NCBI RefSeq assembly: GCF_030144855.1
Contig: NC_082721.1
Coordinates: forward strand, 43,338,001-43,402,000
Source: Hypanus sabinus
Taxonomy: Eukaryota
Reading direction: 5' to 3'
Length of the DNA stretch: 64,000 nt
Below, piece after piece: positions 1 through 12,790 of this stretch. The first letter of the stretch is position 1. Each line of letters opens with the position of its first letter. Under the pieces are notes generated by a model. It was given only the letters and a program-made list of their open reading frames with translations. It was not told where the DNA came from and made no database searches. A program made the translations under genes and the position numbers.

Positions 1-934
1 AGTACATTTGAAAAAAAGTATTTAATGAAGGAAGGTATGATCATGGTAAATATGGGTTATTTTACAGTTATTCCATTCTCAGTTGTGGTTGTGACAAATT
101 TTCACTAGCTCAATGTCCAGAATGGGTCAAAATTCATTCGTTCTCCAATCCTACAGTACTTCCTGGACGTTGATCAAAATCCTTGGATTAAAATCTCTCA
201 ATGAAATCATCCTACACTTCGGTTTGGGAACAGGAAATGTGGCTGCCCTTCACATGGTGACTTTCTTTGTTTCCCACACTTGACCAATGGACATGGCCAC
301 ACTGTGGTTTCCAGACCCAGAGATCCAGGAACCAAAACCTGGCCTCATCTCTGTTGTTTCTTGGATAGACCCAGGGTGAATTCTTCAATTGAATAAAGGC
401 ATACAGGAAGTAGCTTCCGATACTACCTTCATATCAGTTGTCACTGAATGGAATGTCAATAACCCCATTTTACACACTTACCCAAAGTTAAAGTTCTCAG
501 TTTTATTCTTTGTTTGTTCCAATTCTCAAAGTTTCTCTGAGGGCATCAGGAGCAGCAGTTCCCTGACCCAGTGACCCCTCTTTCCACGAGAAGCCAGACA
601 GTGAGTATGGACAGACAAGGACAAGTGACACAATTTGGTGCAGTTCTGCCCTCCTCACACAGCAAGCAATCCAGATCACTGACATTGAACAGGCATATGG
701 ACATCCCAATGAGCAGGGGTGCTTGTTGTAGTTACTGCTTTCTCTATGGAAGATCAATTGATCTATTCTCAAACAGGAACCAAACAGTGGAACTCATTGG
801 TATATATATATCTCAGTAAATCATTATTGAGAAGACACATTCTATGATATCTAGCTGCCCATTAATGGCTATGGTCAATGACATACATCTCCCTTGAATC
901 AACTGCCCATTTATTGCATTCAGATCGAGCCACC

Positions 935-1345
935 CATTACAGGAAAGATGTGGCTGCTTTGAAGACGGTGCAGAAAAGGTTTACCAGGATGCTGCCTAAA
1001 GTTGAGAGCATGTGCAATAAGGAGGTGTTGGGCAAATCTGGTATATATTTCCCATGATAAATGTGTCTGATATGAGATGGCATGCAACTATGATAAGAGG
1101 GGTAAGTTCAAAGGAGATTTGCAGGGCATATGTTTACACAAAGAATTCTGACTGCCTAGGATGCACTGCCAGATTTGTGGAGTCAAATGTGATAGAAGAT
1201 TTAAAAGCCTCTTAGGTAGGCACATGAACTTGCAGAGAAGGAAGACATATGAACGTTATGTACGCAAGAAGGAATTGTTTTGTTGGGCATTAATTAACCT
1301 CGTGGCTCAAAAGGCCAGTTCCTGTTCTGTACTATTCTCTGTTCC
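935..1345 (+). mobile_element. CR1 LINE 3' fragment
   Basis: Degenerate RKDVAALKTVQKRFTRMLP motif followed by a CR1-type 3' tail. Confidence 0.6.
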
Positions 1346-1874
1346 TTTCCGATCATTACATAATACGAATATCTCCATTTCTGTTCTCCTTGAGAGACCA
1401 TGGATTCAGAGATTTATGACCTGGGTTTGCATTATTCAGTGGATTGTCATGAATGAATGTTAATGATGCAGTGTGCCTTAACATCATTTAAGAGAAATAC
1501 CCCACTGGAGTTAATTATTTCATTATGTTCCACCAGAAACTAATATCCTGAATATCCTTGTAGCCCAAGCTATTTACAAAGCAATCAGCACGATTCTCGA
1601 TGCTATAATCAACTGTGAAATCTGTCCTTCGCAGTTTGCTACAAAGTAGAGTAAAATCAATCTGCTGTCATTCCTCCCCCGACCCCCCCTGACACTCCAA
1701 TGGCTATCCCACTATTGATCAGCCCACTGGTTTGGACTGCAGCTGCATTTGGCAAAATGGTGCAGAGTAAACCAGAGCTCACCAGTTCCAGGGTTGCCGA
1801 GGTTCCCCTTTATTCTCGTTTTCTTTCTACAGAAGCAGCAGGCCATGCATTGGGAGTATCAGCACAAGGATGCC

Positions 1875-2105
1875 TCGGTAGCATGTGAGCGGTGTCATAC
1901 AGTGCTGATATCTCACAGCTTCCGTGACCTAGATTTGATTCCGAGCTTGTCCATGTGAAGTTTGTATGTACTCTCTGTGACTACTTGAGTTTCCCACTGA
2001 TGCTCTATTTTCCTTGCACGGTGCAGATATTTTCCAGTGAAGTTTCCCTTTGTGCATTGAAACAACAGACAAATCACAGGGTATTTGATAGCATGTATTT
2101 GCCAG
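1875..2105 (+). mobile_element. Degenerate tRNA-derived SINE (V-SINE/HE1-like); paralogous copies at about 15050-15139 plus 19545-19760 and 30480-30790
   Basis: Resembles the shark SINE layout (CTCACAGCT..GACC..GATT...TGTGxAGTTTG..TGT.CTC...TGTGAC...GTTTCC), but is heavily decayed. Confidence 0.4.
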
Positions 2106-2109
2106 AACC

Positions 2110-5100
2110 TCAAGTGTAGTAATTTCAGGATTGCTGCCTAAGCCACGTGATAGCGAGGGCAAGAATAACACGATCAGGTGTATTAATGTGTGCTGAGAGA
2201 CTGGTGTAGGGGGGGCAGGGCTTCAGATTCCTGGATCACTGGGGCCTCTTCAGGGGGAGATACAACCTGTATAAAAGGATGGGTTCCACCTGAACCCAAA
2301 GGGGTCCAATATTCTAGCGGGCACATTTAATAGAGCTGTTAGGGGGTTTTAAATTAATTCGGCAGGGGTGTGGGAACTGGAGTGATGGGGCTGAGGAAGG
2401 GGAAAACAGAAATAAATCAACGCTAGCATGCAGCAGAGATAATAGAAAGAATAGGCAGAAGATGAGGTTTAATTACAACCAGTGGTGTGAGTTACAGGGC
2501 AATAGAGGCTTGATGCAGATTGAATAGAAAGCAATAAATACTGGACCGAAAGTGTTATATTTGAATGCACACAGCATAAGGAATAAGCTACAGATTGGCA
2601 AGTATGATGTTATGGCCATCTCTGGAACTTGGCTGAAGGATGGCTGCCATTGGGAGCTGAATATCCAAGGATCTGCAGTGTATTGGAGAGACAGGTTAGT
2701 AGGCAGAGTGGGTGGTGTGGCTCTGTGTATAAGAAATAATATTAAATCAGTAGAAAGAGATGACATAGCATTGGCAGATGTCAAGTCTCTATGGGCTGAG
2801 TTAAGAAATAGCAATGGTAAAAGCACCCTAATGGCAGCTAATGAAGAGGCCTTCAAACAGCAGCCAGGATGTGGATTAAAAATTACAGCAGGAGATGGAA
2901 ATGGCCTGTCACAAAGGCAATGTCATGATAATCATTGGTGATTCTAACATGAAAGTGGATTGGGAAAGCAAAGGTTAATACTGGACCGCAAGAGAGAGAA
3001 ATTATAGACTGTCTAAGGGATGGCTTTTTAGAACAGCTTGTCGTTGAGCTCATTAGAGCATCGGCTGTGCTGCAATGGGTGGTGTGCAATGATCCAGAGG
3101 TGACAAAAGAACTTAGGTTCATGAACCCTTAGGGAACAATGATTACAATATGATCGAGTTCACATTGAAATTTGAGAGGGAAAAAATAAAATCCAATGTG
3201 TAGGTGGAATAAAGGAAATTACAATGGCATGAGAGGGGAATTGGCTGAAGTTGACTGGAAAGGGACATTTGCAGGAAGGACAGCATAGCAGCAATGGCTG
3301 GAGTTACTGTGAAAAATGAGGGAAGTGCAAGACAGATATATTCCAAATAAGAAATTTCCAAAGGGAAGAAGAACACCACTGTGGCTGACAAGTGAAGTCA
3401 GAGCTAAAGTAAAAGCAAAAGAGAAGGCATCCAGGGAAGTCAGAGCTAGTGGGAAGATAGAGGATTGGGAAGCTTTTAAAAATTTGCAGAAAGAAGCTAG
3501 AAGGTCTTTAGGAAGAAAAAGATAAATTATGAAAGGAAGCTGGTAACTAATATCAAATAAGTTACCAGAAGTTTTTTTTAATGTATATATATAGGGTAAA
3601 AGACTGTCGAAGATAGATATAGGACCAATACAAAATGACACTGCAGATATTGTAATGAGAGATGTAGAGATGGCAGAGGAACTGAATGCTTATTTTGCAT
3701 CAGTATTCACTGAAAGACATCTGCAGTATCCTGGACACTTAAGATAGTCAGGGAAGTGAAGTCTGTGCAATGAAAGTTATGACTGAGAAGGTGCTTGGGA
3801 AGCTTAATAGGCTGAGGGTGGATAAATCTCCTAGTCCTGATGGACTGCACATTTGGGTTCTGAGGAAGTAGCTGGTGAAATTGTGGAGGCATTAACGATG
3901 ATCTTTCAAGAATAGGTAGTTTCTGTCTTTGCACCAGATGATTGGAAAATTGCAAATGTAACTCCACTATTTAACAAGGGTGGAAAGCAGTAGATAGTGT
4001 TAGCCTGATATCAGTGTTTACGAAGTTGTTGGAATTGATTGTTAGGGATGACGTTATGGAATACCTGGAGGCACATGACAAGATAGGTCAAAGCCAGTAT
4101 GGTTTCCTGAAAGGAAATTCCTGCCTGACAACCCTACCGCAATTCTTTGAGGAAATTCCAAGCAGGGTAAACAAAGGAGATGTAGTAGTCGTGGTGTACT
4201 TGGATTTTCAGAAAGCCTTTGACAAGGTGCAACATATGAGGCTGCTTAGCAAGATAAGCACCCATGAAATTACATGGAAGTTACTAGCATAGGTGAAGCA
4301 TTGGCTGTTTGGTAGAAAACAGAGAGTGGGAATAAACAGATCCTATTCTGGCTGGCTGCCAGTTACCAGTGGGGTTCCACAGGGTTCGGCGTTGGGACCA
4401 CTGCATTACATTGTATGTCAATGACTTGGACTGTGGAATTAATGGATTTGTGGCTAAATTTGACGATGATACAAAGATAGGTGGAGGAGCAGGTAGTGTT
4501 GAGGAAACAGAGAGCCTGCAGAGAGACTTAGATAGTTTAGGGGAATGGGCAAAGAAGTGGCAAGTGAAATACAAAGTTGGTCATGCACTTTAGTGGAAGA
4601 AATAAATGGGCAGACTATTATTTAGATGGGAAGAGATGCAAAGGGACTTGGGGGTCCTTGTGCAAGATACCCTAAAGGTTAACCTCCAGGTTGAGTCAGT
4701 TGTGAGGAAGGCAAATGCAATGTTCGCATTCATTTCCAAAGGTATAGAGTATAAGAGCAGTGATGTGATGTTGAGTCTCTATAAGGCTTTCGTGAGATAA
4801 CACCTGGAGTATTGTGTGCTGTTTCGATCTCCTTATTTTAGAAAGGATGTACTGACATTGGAGAGGGTTCAGAGAAGATTCACGAGAATGATTCCAGGAA
4901 TGAAAGGGTTACTGTATGAGGAATGTCTGTCAGCTCTTGGGCTGTATTCTCTGGAGTTCAGGAGAATGAAGGGGGATCTCATAGAAACATTCTGTATGTT
5001 AAAAGGTCAGAACAGATTAGATATCACAAAGTTATTTTCCATGATAGGGGATTCTAGGAGAAGAGGGCATGACTTCAGGATTGAAGGATGTCCATTTAGA

Positions 5101-5360
5101 ACTGAGGTGTGGAGGAATTACTTTAGTCAGAGGATGGAAAATCTGTGGAATTTGTTGCCACAAGTGGCTGTGGAGGCCAAGTCATTGGGTGTACTTAAGG
5201 TGGAGATAGATAGGTTCTCGATTAGCTGGGGCATCAAAGGGCATGGGTTGAAGGCTGGGGAGTTGGCTGACTGGAAGATTTGGATCAGGCCATGATGGAA
5301 TGGTGAAGTGGACTTGATGGACCGAATGTCCTACTTTGCTTCCATATCTTATGGTCTTCT
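2110..5360 (+). mobile_element. CR1 LINE, 5'-truncated, degenerate (end of ORF1 esterase, APE endonuclease, RT)
   Basis: Motifs GFHLNPKGSNILAG, YLNAHSIRNK, VYLDFQKAFDKV, KFDDDTKIGG and LERVQRRFTRMIPG across broken frames, followed by a CR1 3' tail. Confidence 0.9.
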
Positions 5361-6509
5361 GTTCTTATCTATTAGCATAACAGAAGTGACATCAATGGAG
5401 TTACTCTTTTGGGAGCTTATATGGACACAATTGGCTGAATGGCATCATTATTTATTTTGTTAAATGTCAGTTGCAGAGTTTCTGTTGTAATATTTAATTA
5501 CTGATATTTTTCAGTGTAAAATTGCAACAAGTGTTAATTATTTTGTCCTGTAGGGTGCAGTGAGATATCACTGACTGAAAAGAGGATTGGGTGAGATCTC
5601 TCTGATTGTACTGCTGTGTCTCGGTCATTACATCATGGTTATTTGGTGAATGTGTTTTCTTTCTCATGAACATCAGGCTTCAGTACCAGTGCTGTGGGAA
5701 ATTGAAACCTGCAGTTATAAACCAATACAGTGAATGAGGGAGCACTCAGAAATGAAAACCCTTCCTGCAGGATGGGATTTTGCTTACCTTAGTTTCAGTA
5801 TTGTGGAATTTAAGCACCTGTCCAGCCGCTCACAGCTCCGCTATAGGTGGAGTTTTTCAAGTCTCATCTTTGTGACAGAAAGGAAGATTCCATGAATTCC
5901 TGCTAATCAGATCTGAGCTGTAACTTGGCCAGCAACTGTACAGATTGGGTGTGTATGGTCCATGGGATCGGTCTGTGGAGCTATTTTCAAGTGAGTTCCA
6001 GTATTGCTTAATCACATGAGATCTTCCGGTCAGTGATATGTTATGAAGGCAAGGAGGGAGATTTCTGCATGAACATCAATATAGAAAAAGTAGTTCACTC
6101 AACCATTTGAACCTGCTCTGCCATTCAATGACATTATGGCTGATCTTAATGTCCCATTAATCCATGTTCCAGGTAACCATTCACCCTTTTCCTGACTTAA
6201 AAATATAAATTGATTCTGCTTCCATAGCCACTTGGAGTAAAAGTGTTCTAAAGGTTTATGGCTCTCTGATTGAGAAACAAACTTGGTTCCACATCTGTTC
6301 TAAATAGGCAGCCCCTGACTCTTGAACACCAACACCGTCTCCATAGCATCCAGCCAAGCTGTCTTAGGAACTGACGATCCCATCAATTTCCCTCTCAGCC
6401 TTCAAAATATCAGTGTATACAGGCCTCACCCTTTCTCAGAAGACCTACAGTGTAGAGTACTGAATCCAGTAAAAGGGGAGAAAGGAGAGAGAAAGCACGG
6501 TACTTCCTT

Positions 6510-7250
6510 CCAGCTATCAAAACTACTGGACAGGAATCTTTGGCATTGGATTTTGTCACATTTGGAAAAGCATAGGTTTGTTACTAATAGTCAGGCTAAC
6601 TTTGTGCAGGGCAGATCATGCCTTACAAAACTGACTGAGGTCTTTGGAGAGGTGACAAAGATCATTGATGAGGGTAGAGCAGTAGATGCCATTTAGATAA
6701 ATTTTGCTAATACATTTGACACGCTGCTTCAGTGTAGCCTGATCCAGGAGAGTAGTTCACTTTGGATCCAAGATAACTCTGTATACTGAACTTAAAATTG
6801 ATCGGTTGTAGAAGACATAATGTAGTGGTGGACGGGTGATATCCACATTGGAGAACTCTAGCCAATGGTGTTCCACACGTACCAGTGATGGGGCCTCTGA
6901 ACTTTACGATGTACAGAAAATGACTCAGATGAGTATACAGAGTGGGTGATCAGTCAGCTTGCAGATGGCAAAAGGAATACAAGGAGTGTTTGCAGTATAC
7001 TAGATGTGTTCCTTTCAGCAGAAACACAAAATGCTGAATTCAGATCAGCAACCTAGACTTGATAGGTAAGCTACCTGGACCAGATGGAGTGCTGTCCAGG
7101 TTTCTGAAAGAGGTCACTGACAATGGATTTGGAGGGTTGCTAATTGCAAATGTCACTTCACTCTTTAAGAAAGAGAGGGATGCAAAAGACAGGAAATTAT
7201 TGCCACTGGTCGGCAAAGAATTGGAGTCCATTCTTAAGGATGAGTGAACA
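6510..7250 (+). mobile_element. Old CR1 RT fragments
   Basis: FVQGRSCLTKLTEVFGEVTKIIDEGRAVD and KLPGPDGVLSRFLKEV motifs. Confidence 0.65.
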
Positions 7251-7329
7251 TGAGCCCTTGTCAATATGTTTGGTCAGGCAGTTTCTGTTTCAATGCTGTA
7301 ATTGTTTTCACATTCACTTTCATTTCTAA

Positions 7330-7830
7330 CTTCAACTCAATTACACTTTTTCCTTCTGATCCATTGGTACACCTACTGCGACTGTTCTTTCAAATGTAAG
7401 TTGGGTTTCAGTTAGGTGCTGTTTTGAGTGCTTTCTCGTAACATTCCAATAAACCAAAGATATTGTAGTGAATAAATAAGCCCATTACCAAACTGACAAT
7501 GCTCAGACAATCGCATCAGTTCAGCCACAGGCACTGAAATGGACTCCCCTTCTTTTTGATTCCACTTTTGAAACCCAAACTATTCTGCAATGAACAATGG
7601 CTTCTGTTCCTGCATTACTTTCACAATATCAGCAAATTTTATTTTGTTTGGTTCATTTGGAGCAGGTAAATTTCACAGCAAAGCGTATGCCTTCAAACCA
7701 AATGCACTCTGCAAAACTGGCTTTTGTTCTTCATTGGCCCATCCATTTGCTCAGTCTGTTTGTACAATATATCCATAGTTTTGTTGTGTAACCAAACATG
7801 TCAATCTGTCCAACGTAGACAGCTATGTCT
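7330..7830 (-). mobile_element. Gypsy LTR-retrotransposon gag fragment (probable LTR remnant up to about 8320)
   Basis: Minus strand reads ...KFADIVKVMQEQKPLFIAE*FGFQKWNQKEGESISVPVAELMRLSEHCQFG, a typical Gypsy gag N-terminal motif. Confidence 0.65.
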
Positions 7831-8859
7831 GCTCTTCTTTATGATTATTATCACCCAGTACACTCTGTTTAAGAAGATATGAGTCCTTTTTTCTTCCTTT
7901 TCTTTTCAACTCAATGATTCTTCCTTTTGCAAAGAAAACATGCTGCTGCAATGAAATAAAATGTGCTGTGGTGCTTTTTAAATTCTCCACCATTTTGCTG
8001 CACTTGTTAAAAAATTCAAACTTCTTGCTGCATTTCAACAGGTAAATTGTTGCCTCGGTTTCATTTAAAACATCCTAGCTGCCGCTGTTATGTTTTGTAA
8101 TTTCCAAAACATTAAACCGATTGCAAGGAAAATAAGGAATCTGGGAATAACTTGTGTACTTCACTTTTACTTAAGCAAGGCAACATATATGACGTGGTAT
8201 CATCATCACATGCAATTCATGTATTTTTACATATAACCTGTAATGAATTGTTGAAACAAATAATGAATGCTTATTCAACAACATATATTCACAATATATT
8301 CACTCAAATATTACTGATATATTAACATGCAATAGATAGGCTAAAGAATCAGTCTCTCTTCCAGGGCAGAAATGTCAAATATTAGAGGACATTGAAGGTC
8401 AGAGGGATAAAGTTTAAAGGAGATATATGGGACAAGAGTATTTTTATACAGTGGTAGGTGACTGGAATGAGCTGCCAGATGCAGTGGAGGAAGCAGATAT
8501 GAGCCATATTTAAAAGTCTGTTAGATAGACATGAATTTGCAAAGAGTGGCGGGATATGGATCATGTTTAAGCAGAAGAATTTCAGTATTATTTGGCATCA
8601 CATTTAGTGCAGATCTTTGTGATGAATGATCTGTTTCAGTGCGATGTTCTAATGTTTCAGGGAAATCTAGGTTAATCCGATAAGCATCCAACTTTGTCAT
8701 AATTAATCACATCCTAGATTCCTCCATTACCAATTGTCTTTACTATCAGCACTACAGCCTCAAACAAGATATGCTGGAAAACCAGTTCCTGCAAACGACA
8801 CCAAAAACATCAATCCAGCCCACCCCCTCCATCCGATGCGCAAAATAAATAATTAAATC

Positions 8860-9690
8860 AGAATCGGGCTGAGAAGTGGCAGATGGATTTCAACAGAGGT
8901 AAGTGTGAAAAAGTTTATTTTGGTAGGCCAAATTTGAAGAGAGAATGTAATATCAATGGTAAACCTTCTGGCAATGCCAAGGATCAGCAAGATCTTGGGG
9001 TCCATGTCCACAGGACTCTCAAAGTTGCTGCGTAGGTTGGCAGTGTTGTTAAAAAAGTGTATGGTGTTTTGGGGTTCATCTACTGTGGGATTGAGTTTAA
9101 GAGCCATAAGGCAATTTTACTTCTATATAAGATCTTAGATAGACCCCACTGAAGTACTCTGTTCAGTTCTGGTCACCTTGCTACAGGAAAGACATGAATG
9201 CAAAAGAGAGAGTACAGTGGAGATTGACAAGGATGTTGCCTGGATTGGAGAGCATGCCTTATGAGAATAGGTTGATTGATCTTTGCATTTTCTCCCTGGA
9301 GCAATGGAGGATAAAAGGTAAACTGATAGAGGTGTGGAAGATGATGAGAGACATTGATTGTAAGGATAGCCAGAGGTTTTCCCAGGGTAAACATAGGTAA
9401 CATGAGGGCTCATAGTTTTAAGGTACTTGGAAGCAGGTAAAAGGGTATGCCAGAGGTAAGTTTTTCATACTGAGAATGGTGGGTGTGTGGAATGCACTGC
9501 CAGTTAAGTCGGTAGAGGCAGATACAATAGGTTGCTTTCAGAGACTTTTAAATGGGTACAAAAAGCTTAGAAAAATAAAGGGCTGTGTGGTAGGGAAATT
9601 CTAGTCAGCTTCTAGAGTAGGTTACCTGGTCAGCACAACAATGTGGGACAAAGGGCTTGCAATGTGCTGTAGATTTTTCATGTTCTAAAT
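8860..9690 (+). mobile_element. CR1 3' fragment (another at about 8330-8660)
   Basis: RVQWRLTRMLPGLESMPYENRL motif and a CR1-type 3' tail. Confidence 0.7.
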
Positions 9691-10039
9691 AGGGCAAATG
9701 CAATAAGGAAGAATGGACAAAAGCACAGCATATAAACATAAAATTGAAAGAGTTGAATTGAATTGCAGACCAATCAATAAATCACCAACACAGAACTGCA
9801 ATACCATTCTCCAACAGCCTCGAGAAGAGAGGAGAGACCATTTGAACGCATGGACCTTCCCTCAGGAGTAGTGAGCAAAAGACTGAAACATCCACACACC
9901 TTCTGCAGTGAGTGTGCAGCTGTTAGATGGCACTGAATACTTCCTTTCCTTCAGGGTGCTCCAATTTCCTCCCCCAGTTTGAAGGCATACAGATTCTAAA
10001 CAATAAGCTCTAAATCCTGGGCTTCTGGACCACCCCCTT

Positions 10040-12790
10040 GGATACTTTATTACCAGAAAGGCAGTGTACATCCCAAGCCACCATGGTCTCAACCAAATTT
10101 ACTTCAAAGATGGACAAGAAGTTACTAAAGGGCAATGATGTCATCAATTCTCAATGGAAGGACGACTTTCAGGAGTTACTTAATCATAACACCACTGTTG
10201 ACTTTGAAATCATCAACCAGATCCCACAACAACCCATGAAAGAAAACATGAGTAAGCCCTTTAGTATCAAAGAGGTGCAGATGGCATGCAAGGAACTGAG
10301 GAACAACAAGGCTACTGGGCCTGAAGGAATTCCAGCAGAAATCCTCAAGGAAGGTGGCTCAGAACTTCAAAATCATTCTCATGACTTGCTTGTCAAGATC
10401 TGAGACCAGGAGAAGATTCCAGCTGATCTCAGGGACTGTTGACTGTCACACTCTTCAAAAAGTCTGACAAAGATGATTGCAGAAGCTACAGAGGCATCTA
10501 CCACCTCTCTACAACAGGAAAGGTACTCACTGAATTTTGTGTCACCGGCTTTCACCTCTGGCAGAAGAATTGAATTGAATTGAATAGAATAGACTTTATT
10601 TCTTATATCCTTCACATACAAGAGGAGTAAAAATGTTTATGTTGTGTCTACATCTAAATAAGCAATGTGCAATCATAGTAATTTATAAGAATTTATAATA
10701 AATAGAACAGACAAAGTAACATAGAATTACTTTCAAATCAGTGTGAGTTAAACAGTCGGATAGCCTGGTGGAAGAACCTGTCCCAGAGCTTGTTGGTCCT
10801 GGTCTTTATGCTGTGTTAATGGTTCCTGGATGTTAGCAGGTGGAATAGATTATGATTTGGTTGACTCAGGTCCCCATTGATCTTTCTCACACTTTTTCCA
10901 CACCTGTTTTTGTAAATGTCTTGCGTGATGTGAAGATCACAACTAGAGATGTGCTGTCTGTATTACTGTCTGCAGAATCCTGCTATTAAGGGAGATACAG
11001 CTGTCATACTGGGCAGTGATGCAGCCAGTCAGGATGCTCTCATTGTGCCCCTGTCGAAAATTCTTAGATTCTGGGGGCCCATACCAAACCTTCTCAACGG
11101 TCTGAGATGAAAGACACACTCTTGATCCTTTTCCATCACAAAGCTGGTGTGTACAGACCACATGAGGTCCTTGGTGATGTGGATGCTGTGGAACTTAAAG
11201 CTGTTTACTCTCTCAATCCCCGACCTATTAATGTCAATATGGGTTAGCCTATCTCCATTCCTCCTGTAATGCACAACTAGCTCCTTTGTTACTGCAACAT
11301 TGAAGGAGAGGTTGTTTTCTTGACACCACTGTGTCAGAGAGGTAACTTCTGTCCTGTTGGCCACCTTGTTATTGTTGAGATTAGGCCAATCAATGTAGTG
11401 TAGTCAGCAAAGTTAATTAGCAGATTGGAGCGCTGGGTAGCCACACAGTGATGGTTATACAAGTAGGGGACTTACTACACAGCCCTGAGGGTCTCCTGTG
11501 TTGAGATTCAGAGGACTGGAGGTGAGGGAGCCCATTCTTACCACTGTCAGCAATCTGACTGGAAGTCCAGGATCCAGCTGCACAACACAGGGTCAAGGCC
11601 AAGGTCTCTGAGCTTCCTGTTGAGCCTGGATGAAATTATGGTATTGAATGCAGAACTGTAATCCAAGAAGAGCATTCGCACATAAGCATCCTTCTTCTCC
11701 AGAAGTGTAAGGGTGATATGTAAAGCAGTGGCTATTGTTTCATCTGTTGATTGGTTGTGTCAGTAGGTGAATTGTAGGGGGTCGAGTTTGGGTGGTAGCA
11801 TGCTGCAGATGTAGTTCTTGACCAGCTTCTCAAAGCATTTGTGTATTATTGAGGTGAGTGCGACAGGACGCCAGACATTCAGGCATGTTACCTTGGTCTT
11901 TTTGGTACAGGGACAATGCTGAATAATTTGAAGCACACTACACTGGGAGAGGCAGAGATTAAAAGTGTCTGTAAACACCTTCTAGTCATGCTGTGCACAT
12001 CCTGCGTACTCGCCTGGCGACTGTCAACCCATTGGAAACATCTGTGTACCTCAGCCTCAGAGAGGACCAAGCTGCACGTTATAGCAGTGGCTTTCCGCGG
12101 GGGCTCAGAGTTAGTGACATTGAACCGAGCATAAAAGCAATGAGTTCATCTGGAACAGAGGCCGAGATGTTTGGTGCCTGAGTTTACTACCTCCTGTCTG
12201 AGATTCAGGGTGGCTTCTGTTCAACTATGAGAAAACCTGACATGATCTTTATAGCATGTCAATTGTAGGATAAAGCTCACGAACAAACTCTCCCACTTTA
12301 TATGGCTTTCATAGAGATTACAAAAGCATTTGACTCTGTAAATTGTCTGGTCCTTTCGCAAGTACTGTTCAACATCGAGTGCTGGGAGAAATCCATCAAG
12401 AACCTGCAGCTCTTTCACAGTGATACGTGTGCAACAGTCACCAGCAACAACATCACTTTTCAAGGTGAGGCTGGGGTCAAACAGAGCTGAATCAATGCCC
12501 CAACTCTCATTGTTTTCATTGCAACCGTTCTTCACCTCACAGGCTAAAACCTCTTACAAGGACTCCAGATTCTCTACAAGATAGATGGATGGTTCTTTAA
12601 CCTTAACAGGTTCAAGGCATGGAGCAAGGTGCCAACTATTTCTATCACTGAGATCCAATATGAAGACAACACTAGTGTAGCTTTCTCTGAAGAGGATCTA
12701 CAGTGCACGTAGAATGATTTTTGCAGAGCATTCAAACTCCAGGGACATGATCTAAACATCAGGAAAGCCCAAGTTGCCTGTCTTGTCCTG
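10040..12790 (+). mobile_element. RTE LINE RT fragment split by a Rex1 insertion (10040-10570 and 12190-12790)
   Basis: KATGPEGIPAEILKEGG...LAEE on the left resumes as LLSEIQGGF...MAFIEITKAFDSVN on the right. Confidence 0.75.
10565..12190 (-). mobile_element. Rex1/Babar-type LINE, 5'-truncated
   Basis: WRPVALTSIIHKCFEKLV and LTQWCQENNLSFNVAVTKELVV motifs; (GAATT)n tail at 10565-10590. Confidence 0.8.

Larger units (their letters stand above)
1590..10030 (+). repeat. Copy 1 of an old tandemly triplicated unit (interrupted by TEs)
   Basis: Blocks 1590-2105, 5390-7100, 8690-8790 and 9730-10030 align by eye with co-oriented blocks at 14770-21800 and 30210-39810. Confidence 0.75.
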
